64,000 nt of DNA from Piromyces finnis finn (taxonomy: Eukaryota; Fungi; Neocallimastigomycota), in assembly GCA_002104945.1 (NCBI GenBank), contig MCFH01000018.1:496001-560000 (forward strand). Direction: 5' to 3'. How positions within the stretch are numbered: position 1 is the stretch's first letter; the number at the start of each line of letters is the position of its first letter. The position numbers and the translations under genes were made by a program. The notes beneath the pieces were generated by a model. That model did not search any database. It worked only from the letters and a program-made list of their open reading frames with translations, and was not told where the DNA came from. Shown in pieces: positions 1 to 12,133 of this stretch.

Positions 1-310
1 TAAAATTAAATATTAAATAAATAATCAAGGATAATTAACTTTATTAATATAAATTTTATATTAAATTTTAATTTTAATTAATTTTTGTTTAAAAAAATTT
101 TTTTTTTTTGGAAAAAAAAAGCAAGAGCGAATGAATGTTCAAGGATAAAATAAACCAGGAAACTTAAAACGGCAATCCCCAAAAAAAAAAATATAAAGCT
201 AAAAAAAAACAAAAATTTTTTTAAACTTAAACTAAAAAAAAAAAAGAAATTAAAGAAGAAATAAAAAAAAAAAGAAAACCACAAAAATTAGTGATAAAAC
301 TTTAAAAAAA

Positions 311-341
<31 letters not shown>

Positions 342-503
342 TTTAAATATTTATTATTGAAAATAAACTAATTTTATTTTATTTTATTTATTTATTTTTA
401 ATTGAAATTGGCATTGAAATTGGTATTATTTTTTTTATTATTGATGTGTCATTTAAAAAAAAAATAAATTGATTCTCCAACAATAGTAAAAATAAAGGTA
501 AAA

Positions 504-1272
504 ATGAAACTTTTTAATCTCTCCGCCCTTGTTGTATTCTTTATTTGTGTTGCTCACACTTTTGCTGCTGGTATTCATTGTGCTGAACATGTAGTTCTTA
601 AGAAAGGTCAATCTTGCAGTTCACTTACTAAACTTGCCAGAACTAAGGATATTTACTTTATGAATCCTTGTAAATATTTTTAATATATATATTTTTTATT
701 AACTATTATTATTACTTTAGTATATCTTCAATGCAATGAAATGCTAATTTTTAAAAAATTTCAATTTTATTTTATCATTTTTTTTTCTTTATGGGTTATT
801 TTTTATTTGAAACAAAACAAAATGAAATGAAAAAAAAAAAGTAATTAATTGTGACAAGGCAATGACCAAGAAAACTACCATTTGTGTTGATCGTGATTCT
901 TACTATTCTGACGAAGATTTTGATTTTGAATACTACGAAATTAAAAAGGGTGATACTTGTGAAAAACTCGCTATGCAATTCAATACCACTGTTGATGTTT
1001 TAAAGAGATTTAACTATGGTAAGCTTTGTGTTGTAAAAAAAAAAATTTTTAAATAATAAAGAATTTAATAACTTTAACTATTGATTTTTTTTATTAAAAA
1101 AAAAAAACTCATCTCATATAATCATTGACTTTACTATTATAAATATATTTTAGGTGTTCTTGACTGTAACAATATGAAAAAATTAGCTAAATACGGTACC
1201 GAAATTCAATACCGTAGAGATGGTGACTACACTGTTAACTTTGAAAACAGTACTTTAGTTAAAGTCAAGTAA
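504..1272 (+). CDS. Small secreted LysM-domain protein (2 Cys-containing fungal-type LysM modules, ~153 aa, 3 exons)
   Basis: Manual splice join(504..669,842..1018,1154..1272) with GT-AG introns gives a continuous frame. It has a hydrophobic signal peptide MKLFNLSALVVFFICVAHTFA, LysM-like HVVLKKGQSCSSL...NPLINC and YEIKKGDTCEKLAMQFNTTVDVLKRFNYGVLDC, and ends VKVK-TAA. Confidence 0.85.
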
Positions 1273-3062
1273 ATAATGGAAACCAAATTCATTTTTACAA
1301 AAGCCTTCAAATTGAAAAAAAAGGACAATTAAAAGAAAAATCCAAAAACAAATACAATTCTAAAATATAAAAGAAAAAGAAAGTCAAAATTTTAAAAATT
1401 CGACATTTCACACAAACATAAATCAAGGAAACAAATATATATACATAAATATATATATGGATTTGATAAAAAAAAAAAAAAGAGATATATATAAATTATA
1501 TAATATTTTATTATGTAGTATATATAGTATAGTAAAATTAGTTTTTTTTTTTTTATTTTTTTATAAAAAAATAATTAAGGAATTTATAATTATAATCATT
1601 ATAATAATAATAATAATAATAATAGTAAATAATATTGTATATATTTAAAAGGAATTATTCTTTTATAATATGAGAAAAATAGAAGAAAACAAAAACATAA
1701 ACAAAACAAAACAAACAGACAAACAAACAAAAAACATATTTCATTCCCATAATTTCATTTATCAAATTAAAAACATTAATTTCAAAAATCAACTCATTAC
1801 CTTTTTTTTTTTTTAAAATGTAATTAATTTTTAACTATTCATCGTTTTTAATATTATTTTATAATAATATTAAATCAAATAATATATTACTTTTTCAACA
1901 TTTCATGTTATTATAGTTTAGATGTATTTTTTTTTGTTTTGTTTTGTTTTACCTTGTTTTATTTTGTTTTTAAATTTCTTATATTAAGGGTAGAGAGAAT
2001 AAGTCCTTTAAAATTTTATAAATAGTTATTTACACATATTTATTATTTAATTTTAAATTCATCATGTTTTATATAAATGTTTTTTTTTTTATACAATTCT
2101 TTAAAAAAAAATCCTTGATTAAAATTATTAAAAAAGTTTACATAATGAATGTGAACTCCTTATTGATAGTAATAATAATAGTTTTTGTATAAAAAATATT
2201 TAATAAATTAAGAAAGAAAAAAAAAAGATATAATCATTAAAAAAAAAAAAGTTTTTATTCAAAAAGTTGTTTTAAATATCTATGATAGTGTAAAATAAAA
2301 TTTACAAAAGTTTTTGAGTTGAATATTGTTTGAAAGCTTTTTTTTTTTTTTTTTTTTTTTTTCCATTTCTTTATACTAAAAGTTTACTTTAAATTTTTAA
2401 TTGAATCCTCAAAATTCTTTGTAATTTTAAATTTAATTTTATAGAAGAGTAGTTATAATTATTAATATTGTTACTTTTGCTTTTAAAGCCCATTAAAAAT
2501 TTTGTACATGAATTACTTGGAAAACCCAATATTTATGATAAAACTTCATAGATTATAAAAGTGATGCTATTGTATGATGAACGAATGGTACATTTATGGT
2601 AACTTTTACTTTATTACTAATATACATATTGGGTTATCTTGAATGATATATACCTTGGAGATTCTATGTTTCTATTCTAATTTTTTTTTTATATTTTTAA
2701 TACAAATATTTGTAGTATTCATCCATCAACATAAATATATACACGTTCACATATATCTATACAATTATCATGTGATTATTCATTCATTTTATTCAATACT
2801 AAAAACTAAATTTCATTAACATAAATCTATACGTATTTACATAAACCACCATAATATCATATGATATCCATTCATTATACCTAAAAACTAAAATTAAAAT
2901 TTAATTATTCTTAAATATTTTAAATTAAAAAATTAAGTTAATTAATATGAAAATATTGATTTTTTATTTTTTTTTTTAATTTAATAAAGTAAAATAATTA
3001 TTTTTTTATATTAACATAAAAATAAAAGAAAATATATAATAATATAAATAAAATTATTATTG

Positions 3063-3094
<32 letters not shown>

Positions 3095-4343
3095 ATTTAT
3101 AATACCATCCACCCATATATAATTTAAAAATAAAAGGTATTGATCTGAAATGAAATGAAAACAAATTTAAAAATAAAAAGAATATATATATATATATACA
3201 TAAACAAATATTTAAAATTTCAATAGTTTTAAATTAACGTACATGACATTATACTATTCAAATAGTCAACATCTTTTACCAATTTTATCAAGAAGCCTAT
3301 TTATTTATAAATAGTTTATATTATACGATTATATATATATGTATAAAAGAGAAAACCTATAATAATTGAATAACTTATTGAAAAAAAAAATAGTATTGTT
3401 AAAAAAAAGTTTTTTTTTTTTTTTATTATTATGATTACAGTAAAGCATCTATTAATTTTTCAGTAGTATTAACAAAAATAATAATGCAACAACAATTTAT
3501 ATATATACACTTAAAATTTAAATATGTCATACACAAAACTAAAAACCAAAAATTAAATATAATTATCATCATTATTATTGTAATGAATAACTTTTATCAT
3601 AATAAATGTATCATTCATTATTATCAATCTTTATTCCTGATGAATAATACATTTTAACATTTATAAAACAATATAGTTATATTCAACGTAATAGAGTGAA
3701 AAAACTTTTACTATTTCTTTTTTATAATATTATAAATGAAAGTTATATTAAAAATAAGGATTATTAACTCTATACAAGATTGCAAAATGAAATTTTAATT
3801 AATTCATATATGAAATCTTAATCAGTACAATTTATCAATCAATAAATAATTGATAATAATATTTTCTTCTAAATTGAACTTTTAACAAAATATAAAATTA
3901 TTTTATTAAAATTAAAAATAAATATTATAGAAAAAAAAAAAAAAAAAAAAATCAAAATAATATTTTATATTAACTAAAATGGAAAAAATGAAATTAATAT
4001 AATTTGATAGATCAAATAGTTTAAAACAATTTAAATTATTAATTCTTTAATTTTTAAAATATAAATAATAAAAAATCTTGATAAAATTGTGTATATACGG
4101 TTTATGTATTTGAGTTTCAATATATATATAATTTAAATGTTAAATTTCAGTAATGTTAAAAAATAAAATAGACTTTTTTTAAATCTTTAATTGAATTACA
4201 TGGATAATATATATACATATATAATAGAATTAAAATATCACAATATAAATTTTAAAAATACTAAATTACTAATTTGCATCTTTTTTTTTTTTTTTATAAT
4301 TATATGCATAATAAAAATTAAAATAAATGAAGAATAAGCCAAG

Positions 4344-6346
4344 ATGAATAAAATGGAAAAGGATTATTCAGCTCAAGTCGAAAAGCTCTTACCAGAGACT
4401 AAGACTTTAGCTAACGTTAGTGGATAATTCATTTTATATAGGATAGATAGCTTTTATCAGTACTAAACAATATTAATTATTTTAATATTTTTTTTAAATA
4501 TAATTTATTTTTATATTTTAAATAATAGAATGGTCAATTACAACAAGCTCTTGAACAATGTCTTGTTCTTGAAAAACAAACTAGAAGTGTACATATATTT
4601 TATTTATTAAATACATTATAATAAATTTCTCCTATACACATTTCATTATATTTCTTATTAAATATTATTTTATATATCTCTCTAACCCTAAAATTAAAAT
4701 AGGCTAGTGATTTAGAATCTAACACTAAGATTTTAAATCATATTATTCAATTATGCTTTGATGCTAAGGATTATAAGCTTTTAAATGAACAAATTGTTTT
4801 ATTATCAAAGAAACATGGTCTTCTCAAGACAGTAATGTTTTTCAATTTCAATTATTAAAATTATTTTAATTATTATAATATTAAATTAACATTTTATTAA
4901 AATTATAAAAAAAAAAAATCTACTCATTATAAAAGGCTGTTACTAAAATGGTTCAAACTGCTATGACTTTCATTGACCAAATTCCAGAAAAGGAACCAAT
5001 GTTAGAATTAATCAATACTATTCGTACAGTTACTGAAGGTAAAATTTATGTTGAAATTGAACGTGCTCGTGTTACTAGAAAGTTATCAAAGATGAAGGAA
5101 GATGAAGGTGATATTGCTCAAGCTTCTGAAATTTTACAACAATTACAAGTACGATATTAAAATAATTTTATTATTATTATTTTTTTTTTTAAAAAAAGAA
5201 AGATTATATTTTATGGAAATAATGTTAAATTTAACCCTCATGACAATTACTGTATTAATAATTAATTTATTTAAATTATAAAATGAATGTAGGTTGAAAC
5301 CTTTGGTTCTATGGAACGTCGTGAAAAGACCGACTTTATTTTAGAACAAATGAGATTATGTTTATTAAGAAAAGATTTTACTAGAGTTCAAATTATTAGT
5401 AAGAAGATTAGTCAAAGATTCTTTGAACAAGAAGAAAATTCTGTAAGTTTTTATTTGAAATATATTTAAATAAGGGATATGATAGTAGTTATAGTAACAT
5501 ATTATTTACATTTATTAATATATATATTTAAAAAAAAATAGGATTTAAAATTACGTTTCTTTGAAATTATGGTTCAACATGCTCTTCATGAAACTCAATA
5601 TTTAAATGTTTGTAAATATTTACAAAAGATTTATGAAACCAAGTCTGTTAAGGAAAATGAAGCTAAATGGAAAGAAGTATGCCTTTTTTTTTTTTAATTA
5701 GTGATATATAAATTCATATATAAATATAAAGAAATGTGGTATATGACAATGGTGATATTAATTTATTATTTTTTAATAATTAATTTAAGGTTTTACAAAA
5801 CATTGTTGTTTTCGCTGTTCTTGCTCCATTTGACCTTGAACAAAACCAAATTGTTAATACTATTGCTAATGATCAAAATCTTAGTAAACTTCCATTACAT
5901 AAGTAAGTAAAAGCATAGGAAAGAACTTTTTTTTTTTTTAAAGAAAAAAAAATTAACATTAGTTTAACATTACTATTTTATTATAATTAACCAAAAAAAA
6001 AAAAAAAAGGAATTTATTAAATAACTTTATAACGGATGAACTTATGCGTTGGACTAAGATTGAAGAAATATACGGTGAAACTTTAAAGCAAGCTTACGGT
6101 ATTAATAATCCAGAAACTGCTCAAACTTATTGGGAAGCTTTACATAAGAGTGTTACCGAACACGTATGTTTGAAATATTACTTTTTTTTTTCTTTTTCTT
6201 CTCTTCAGATTCGACTATTTAATATTAACTCTTTTTTTTTTTATTAATTTCATTTAATTATAGAATATTCGTGTTATATCTAAATGTTACTCCAAGATTA
6301 CCATTCAAAGATTAACTGAATTATTAGATTTATCACAAGATGTAAG

Positions 6347-6377
<31 letters not shown>

Positions 6378-6713
6378 TTCAATCCTTTCATTAATTATAT
6401 ATATATTTAAAAAAAAATACAAACAATTGAATTAAAATTTTAATTAAAACACCTTTTTTTCTTTCTTTCTTAAAATAAAAATTTATCACTATAGGAAACC
6501 GAAGCTACTATTGCTGAACTTGTTGTTTCAGGTACTGTCTATGCCAAGATTAACAGACCAGCTGGTATTGTTACTTTTGAAAAGTCTAAGGATGCTAATA
6601 CTCAATTAAATGAATGGTCAGGCAGTGTTAATTCTGTTTTAGATTTAATTGCCAAGACTTGTCATCTTATTGTTAAAGAAGAAATGGTCCATAACATTAA
6701 GAAAACCTTATAA
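4344..6713 (+). CDS. RPN5: 26S proteasome lid subunit Rpn5/PSMD12 (PCI domain), ~10 exons
   Basis: Exons translate to recognisable Rpn5 motifs: [122 protein letters not shown]...[17 protein letters not shown] introns; stop TAA at 6711-6713. Confidence 0.97.
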
Positions 6714-8736
6714 ACTGCCTATTAAATAATAATGTATTTCAATTAAAAAAAAAAATTAAATTAAAAAAAAAAATCATTTTATTATATAAATAATTAAAAA
6801 TAATATATTTATTAAAATCAAATAAGCAAATAAAGCAAATTTTTTTTTTTTCTTATTTTGTTAAAAAAAGATAAAAAATAAAAAAAAAGTTTATCAAAAT
6901 TCAATTAATCACTCCTATTATCAAAATGATAAATAGTAAATATAAAATTAACAATAAAATTAATAATAAAAAAACATATTAAAAAATAAAAAAAATAAAA
7001 AAAAAAAAAAAATAATCATAATCATAATAATAATAAAAAAAAATTAAATAATAAATAATAATTACCATTTATTATCATTATCCTATTATTCCATATAAAA
7101 AAATCAAAGTTTTTAAATCATTTTTCCATAAATTTAACAAAAATCCGAAAACTCTAGTTAGAAAAAAAAAAAAGGAGAAATATAAAAATCATAATTAAAA
7201 TAATTAATATTTTATGTAGATAGGTAAGCATAGTTGTATATAATAAGGAATAAATACAACGCACACTCACATTTTATAAAATTAGGAATCCTTTTTATTC
7301 TTTGGTTATATTTAACTGATGATATATAAATTATTTTTATTAAAATTAATTATTGATTTTGGAAAGGTTTATCCAAAAAAAAAATTTTTTTATTTTTCCT
7401 TAAAAAATATATTTTAATTTATAATATTTTTTTTTTTTTATTTTTTTTTTATTTTTTGTTATTTAAACCATGCATGAATATAAAAATATGTATATATATG
7501 GTATATATGGTAAAATAATAATAAGAGTACTACTAATAATAATATAAGAAAAAAAAAAAAAAAAAAAAAAAAAACAAATTATTACGATAATTATTTTTTT
7601 TTATCCATCTTTTTTATTTATTTTAATTTTTTTTTTTACAGATTTATAATAGAAAGAAAATATACTTTTTGTGAAACAAATGTATCCAAAAAAATGGAAA
7701 ACATTTGATTTAATTTCTTTATTAAAGGAAATTACTTTGATTTTTAATTTTTACTTTTTAAGGTTTATAATTTTTAAAATCAAAGTTTCAAGTAAAATGA
7801 ATAATAATTTTTTAATTCATATTTAAATTAAGATAGTTTTTTATCATATATATATTAGATTTTTATTAATTCCTGTTTCCTTTTTTTTTTTAATATTCTT
7901 TTTCTTTTTTATTATTATTATTAATTTTAATATCAATATATGTTTCCCTCCCTTTTTTTCATTTTTTTTTTCATCTTTTTTTAAATATTACTTTTGAAAT
8001 AATAATTTGATAATCATTTTAGAATTCTTTAAGTTATTGTGAACGTGACATATTAAAAATAAATAAATATATTTATAACTAATCCCATTATTAATTATTT
8101 GATTGAATTTTTCATTAAACCAAAGGAACAAATAATTTTAACGTTATCAATAAAAATTCATTCTTATTTGAATTTTAATATTAACCTTTTTTTTTTTTTT
8201 TCATTTTTCGCTTTTTTGATAAAAAAAATTTTTTTTTTGATTACATTATAAAATCATAATACATATGTAATTTAAATCCATAATCTTTTTTTTTTTTTTT
8301 CATATGTATAAAGATAATATGAATTAGGGATGAATAAATATAAATAATTGTTATTATTAATGATTCCTCCTTTTCTCCTTTCTTTCACTATTACTATTGA
8401 TGTCAATTTGTTTATAATATTGATTATAATTAAAATACCAAAAAAAAATCTTTTATCTATTCTATTGGTATTAGTATAATTATCTTGTATACATCATTTT
8501 TTTTTTTTTTTTTTTTTTTACTAGATTAAGATTAAAAAAAAAATAAGAAAGAAATGATTATGGGTATAATCAACGATTTCTTGTATACATATAATGCATT
8601 AGGAATAATAATAATAAAAAAAAGACATTTAAAATTTTTAATTTCAATTAAATAAAGGGATTATGTAAAGTGTTTTGTTATATTAGTATTTTTTTTTTAA
8701 AGAATAAAAGTTCCTTTCGATTCTTATTAAAATCGG

Positions 8737-10233
8737 ATGATATCTGATATTTCAAAAATTAATATTTATTCATCTATAAAAAAGGAATATTATCAGCATA
8801 CCTTTTACCAAAATGAATTTGAATCACATACTTTTTCAAAAAGATTATGCAATTTAATCTTTTATATCTCTATTAATCATACAATTCAATTTGAACCTTT
8901 TTCGAAGGATACCAATGATACTACTACTACTAATAATAATGATAATGATGATGATGATGATATTACTATTATTAATAGTAATAATAATGACAATGATGAT
9001 GATAATGATGATGATATTACTATTAATATTTATGATGATGACAATGGCGACGATATTACTATTAATAATAATAATAATAATAATAATAAGGATAATAATA
9101 ATGATGACAATATTACTATTAATGATGACAATGATGATGTTACTATTATTAATAATAATGATGATGATGATAATGATGATGTTACTATTATTAATAATAA
9201 TAGTGATAATGACGATGATGCTACTATTATTAATAATAATGATGATAATGATGATGATGATGTTACTATTATTAATAATAATGATGATGATGATGATGTT
9301 ACTATTATTAATAATAATAGTGATAATGACGATGATGTTACTATTATTAATAATAATAGTGATAATGACGATGATGTTACTATTATTAATAATAATAGTG
9401 ATAATGACGAGGATTATGATATTACTATTAATGATGATGATGTTACTATTATTAATAATGATGATGATGATGATGATGTTACTATTATTAATAATAATAG
9501 TGATAATGACGATGATGTTACTATTATTAATAATAATAGTGATAATGACGAGGATTATGATATTACTATTAATGATGATGATGTTACTATTAATACCAAT
9601 GATATCAATTACGATAATAAAAATAGAATTCTATCTTTTTTTCTTTATTGTACTTCTTTTGATATACCCATTTTAACATCATCTATTATTCTTTTCATCA
9701 TAGATTATCTTGCAACAAATTTTAATCAAATTGACTTTGAGAATAAAGGTTTAGTTGTAGGAAGCTCTTTTCAACAACATTTTAATACAATAACAAAAAT
9801 CCGGTTAAATGATTATTATTACATCACAAATTTTAAAGGTTATATTGAAAAAAAACAAGAGACTTTTTTAAGTGCATACCGTAAACGATATTGTTATCAT
9901 CCACTGTATAAATACGTTAATATGTCATGGAAATTTTTATTACAATTAATAGTTCAATTGGGAAAAATCTTAAATCTTTCTCTGTTACCATTTCGTAACT
10001 ATCGAGGGGATAAGCATCCATTTTTACTTTATTTACAGTATCATTTACCTTTATTAAAAAAGAAATATTTTAATAGGAATGGACGAAAAAATAGGTTTAT
10101 TGCAGTATTATTTTTGAAAAAGACTCTAAGACAATGGAAAAATGAAAATTTCTTGGTGAAAACTTTTTATATTTTATTGTTTCATTACTTTAAATCATTA
10201 CTTAACTACCCAAAATTTAAACTTAATCGTTAA
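8737..10233 (+). CDS. Intronless hypothetical protein (498 aa) with a central Asp/Asn-rich tandem-repeat region
   Basis: Single open frame of 1497 nt. The ~210-codon non-repetitive C-terminal part has no stop despite very high AT content, which argues for real coding. No family recognised. Confidence 0.6.
   Translation: MISDISKINIYSSIKKEYYQHTFYQNEFESHTFSKRLCNLIFYISINHTIQFEPFSKDTNDTTTTNNNDNDDDDDITIINSNNNDNDDDNDDDITINIYDDDNGDDITINNNNNNNNKDNNNDDNITINDDNDDVTIINNNDDDDNDDVTIINNNSDNDDDATIINNNDDNDDDDVTIINNNDDDDDVTIINNNSDNDDDVTIINNNSDNDDDVTIINNNSDNDEDYDITINDDDVTIINNDDDDDDVTIINNNSDNDDDVTIINNNSDNDEDYDITINDDDVTINTNDINYDNKNRILSFFLYCTSFDIPILTSSIILFIIDYLATNFNQIDFENKGLVVGSSFQQHFNTITKIRLNDYYYITNFKGYIEKKQETFLSAYRKRYCYHPLYKYVNMSWKFLLQLIVQLGKILNLSLLPFRNYRGDKHPFLLYLQYHLPLLKKKYFNRNGRKNRFIAVLFLKKTLRQWKNENFLVKTFYILLFHYFKSLLNYPKFKLNR
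8920..9600 (+). repeat. Coding minisatellite, core unit ~39 bp (gatgatgttactattattaataataatagtgataatgac = DDVTIINNNSDND), with a 141-bp higher-order duplication
   Basis: Repeated GTTACTATTATTAATAAT cores are visible directly. The variant block gaggattatgatattactattaatgatgatgatgttactatt (EDYDITINDDDVTI) occurs at 9409 and 9550, 141 bp apart. Confidence 0.9.
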
Positions 10234-10375
10234 ACTATAATTTTAATTAATATTAAAAAGCTTATAAAAAATTTTATTTTAAACATTTTATAGATAAAAA
10301 AAAATTTGGATGGTAAAAAAAAATTTTTTAGAATCAAAGTTGTTATTAAAAATACAACTTTAAAAAAAAGATGCT

Positions 10376-10414
<39 letters not shown>

Positions 10415-12133
10415 CACTTTAAACTATAAAAATTAAAAATGAAATTAAAAATGAAAATAAAAAATATTATTGAAATGATGATGCTTATTATTATTATTAT
10501 CAATATATATATATTTTTTCTAAATAAAAAATTATTTTAATATTAAAAACCTTTTTACTATTTTATTTTTATATAAAGGTCTTTTTTTTTTTTTTTTTTT
10601 TTTAGAGATGTTTTAGGATAGTATTAATTTCTGTTGAAAACTTTTTTTTTTATTGATATTATTATTTATATAATATCACTATTTCATATTTCATAACTTA
10701 ATTTAGTAATAAGATAATTAACATGTTTCTTTTTTTCTTTGTTATTATTATTATTACTATTATTATTTTTTTTTTTAAAAAAATCTTTAATAAAAAAAAA
10801 GGTTTAATATTTTAGATTATATATTGGATTTAATTTTTTAACTAATAAATTTAAAGTTTGTATTATTTACTGTTTTTTTTTTCTCCAGCTACTTTTTTTT
10901 ATTTTATAAAAAGTAAAGATAAAAAAAATTATCCAAAAAAGAAGAGAAAGAAGAAAAAGAAAAAAAAAAACAATTTTTAAAATGTTATCCATAATTTTTA
11001 AAATTTTTTATTTTTATTAAAGTTATACTCTACCATTAAACTAATTAATTAATACCATTACTTTAAATATATATTTATTAAAAAATAAACTTTTTTTATT
11101 ATAATTATTATAACGAAATTAAATATTTTTTTAATATATCATAATATATTTTTATGCATGCATATCTATTTATTCTTATTTATATGTACCATAGCTATTG
11201 TTACTAAAAATATAGATTTAAAAAATAAAAGATTCTTTCCATAAGAGTTTAACTATTAACTCTTCATTTTCATATGATTTTTTTTTATATAAAAAATAAA
11301 ATAATGATTCAATATAATTCCTCATATATAATATGATATTTGAAAAAAAAAAAGGAAAAAAAAACTATACAATATATAATATTATAATATATACTAGTAT
11401 GAGAAATAAAAATTGTTATTACCTGATACAAATATTTTTCTTAATTTCTTAATATAAAATATATTTTTTAAATTGTATAAATATTATAAAAATCCATATA
11501 TATGAAATAATTATATTTGTCCTTTTTTCTTAACAATTATTATTATTATTATTATTTTAATTATATTAAAAAAAATGTCATTAAAAATAATTTTTTATAA
11601 AAAGTAAATTAAAAAAAAAAAGTTAAAAATATATATTCCTAAATTATAAAAAATAAATAAATAAATAAATAAAAAAAATTACTATTCATATTTATTATTT
11701 GCAATCTTACTTAAAATCCAGTTTATATTTATTTTGTGTTTATATTATATATATTTACTATTTTAATATTTATTATATATCATTTTAAAGTATTGAATTA
11801 AATAAAATTGTATATGGCGTTTATATCCTTAATTTATAATTTTTTTTATTATTATTGTTTATTTTTATCTTTATTTTTTGAAAAAAATTTTTTAAACATT
11901 ATTAAATAAATGTGGATTTTTGGTAAGTAAAATTATCAATATATATTAAAGATAAAAATACAGAAAGATAAATATTTTTAATTTTTAATTGTTTAAAAAA
12001 ATGTTCCTTTATAAATTTTATTTGTATAATTTTTTTTTTTTTAAAAAAAAATTATAAAATATTTTAAAAAAAAAATAATAAAAAGTTTTAATTATTTTTT
12101 TTAAAAAGTAATAATTGGTGATTACAATAATAT

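Noticed and set aside
8891-9676. 261-aa M/I/L-rich ORF
   Set aside because: It is the +1 frame shadow of the GAT/AAT repeat in the 8737-10233 ORF.
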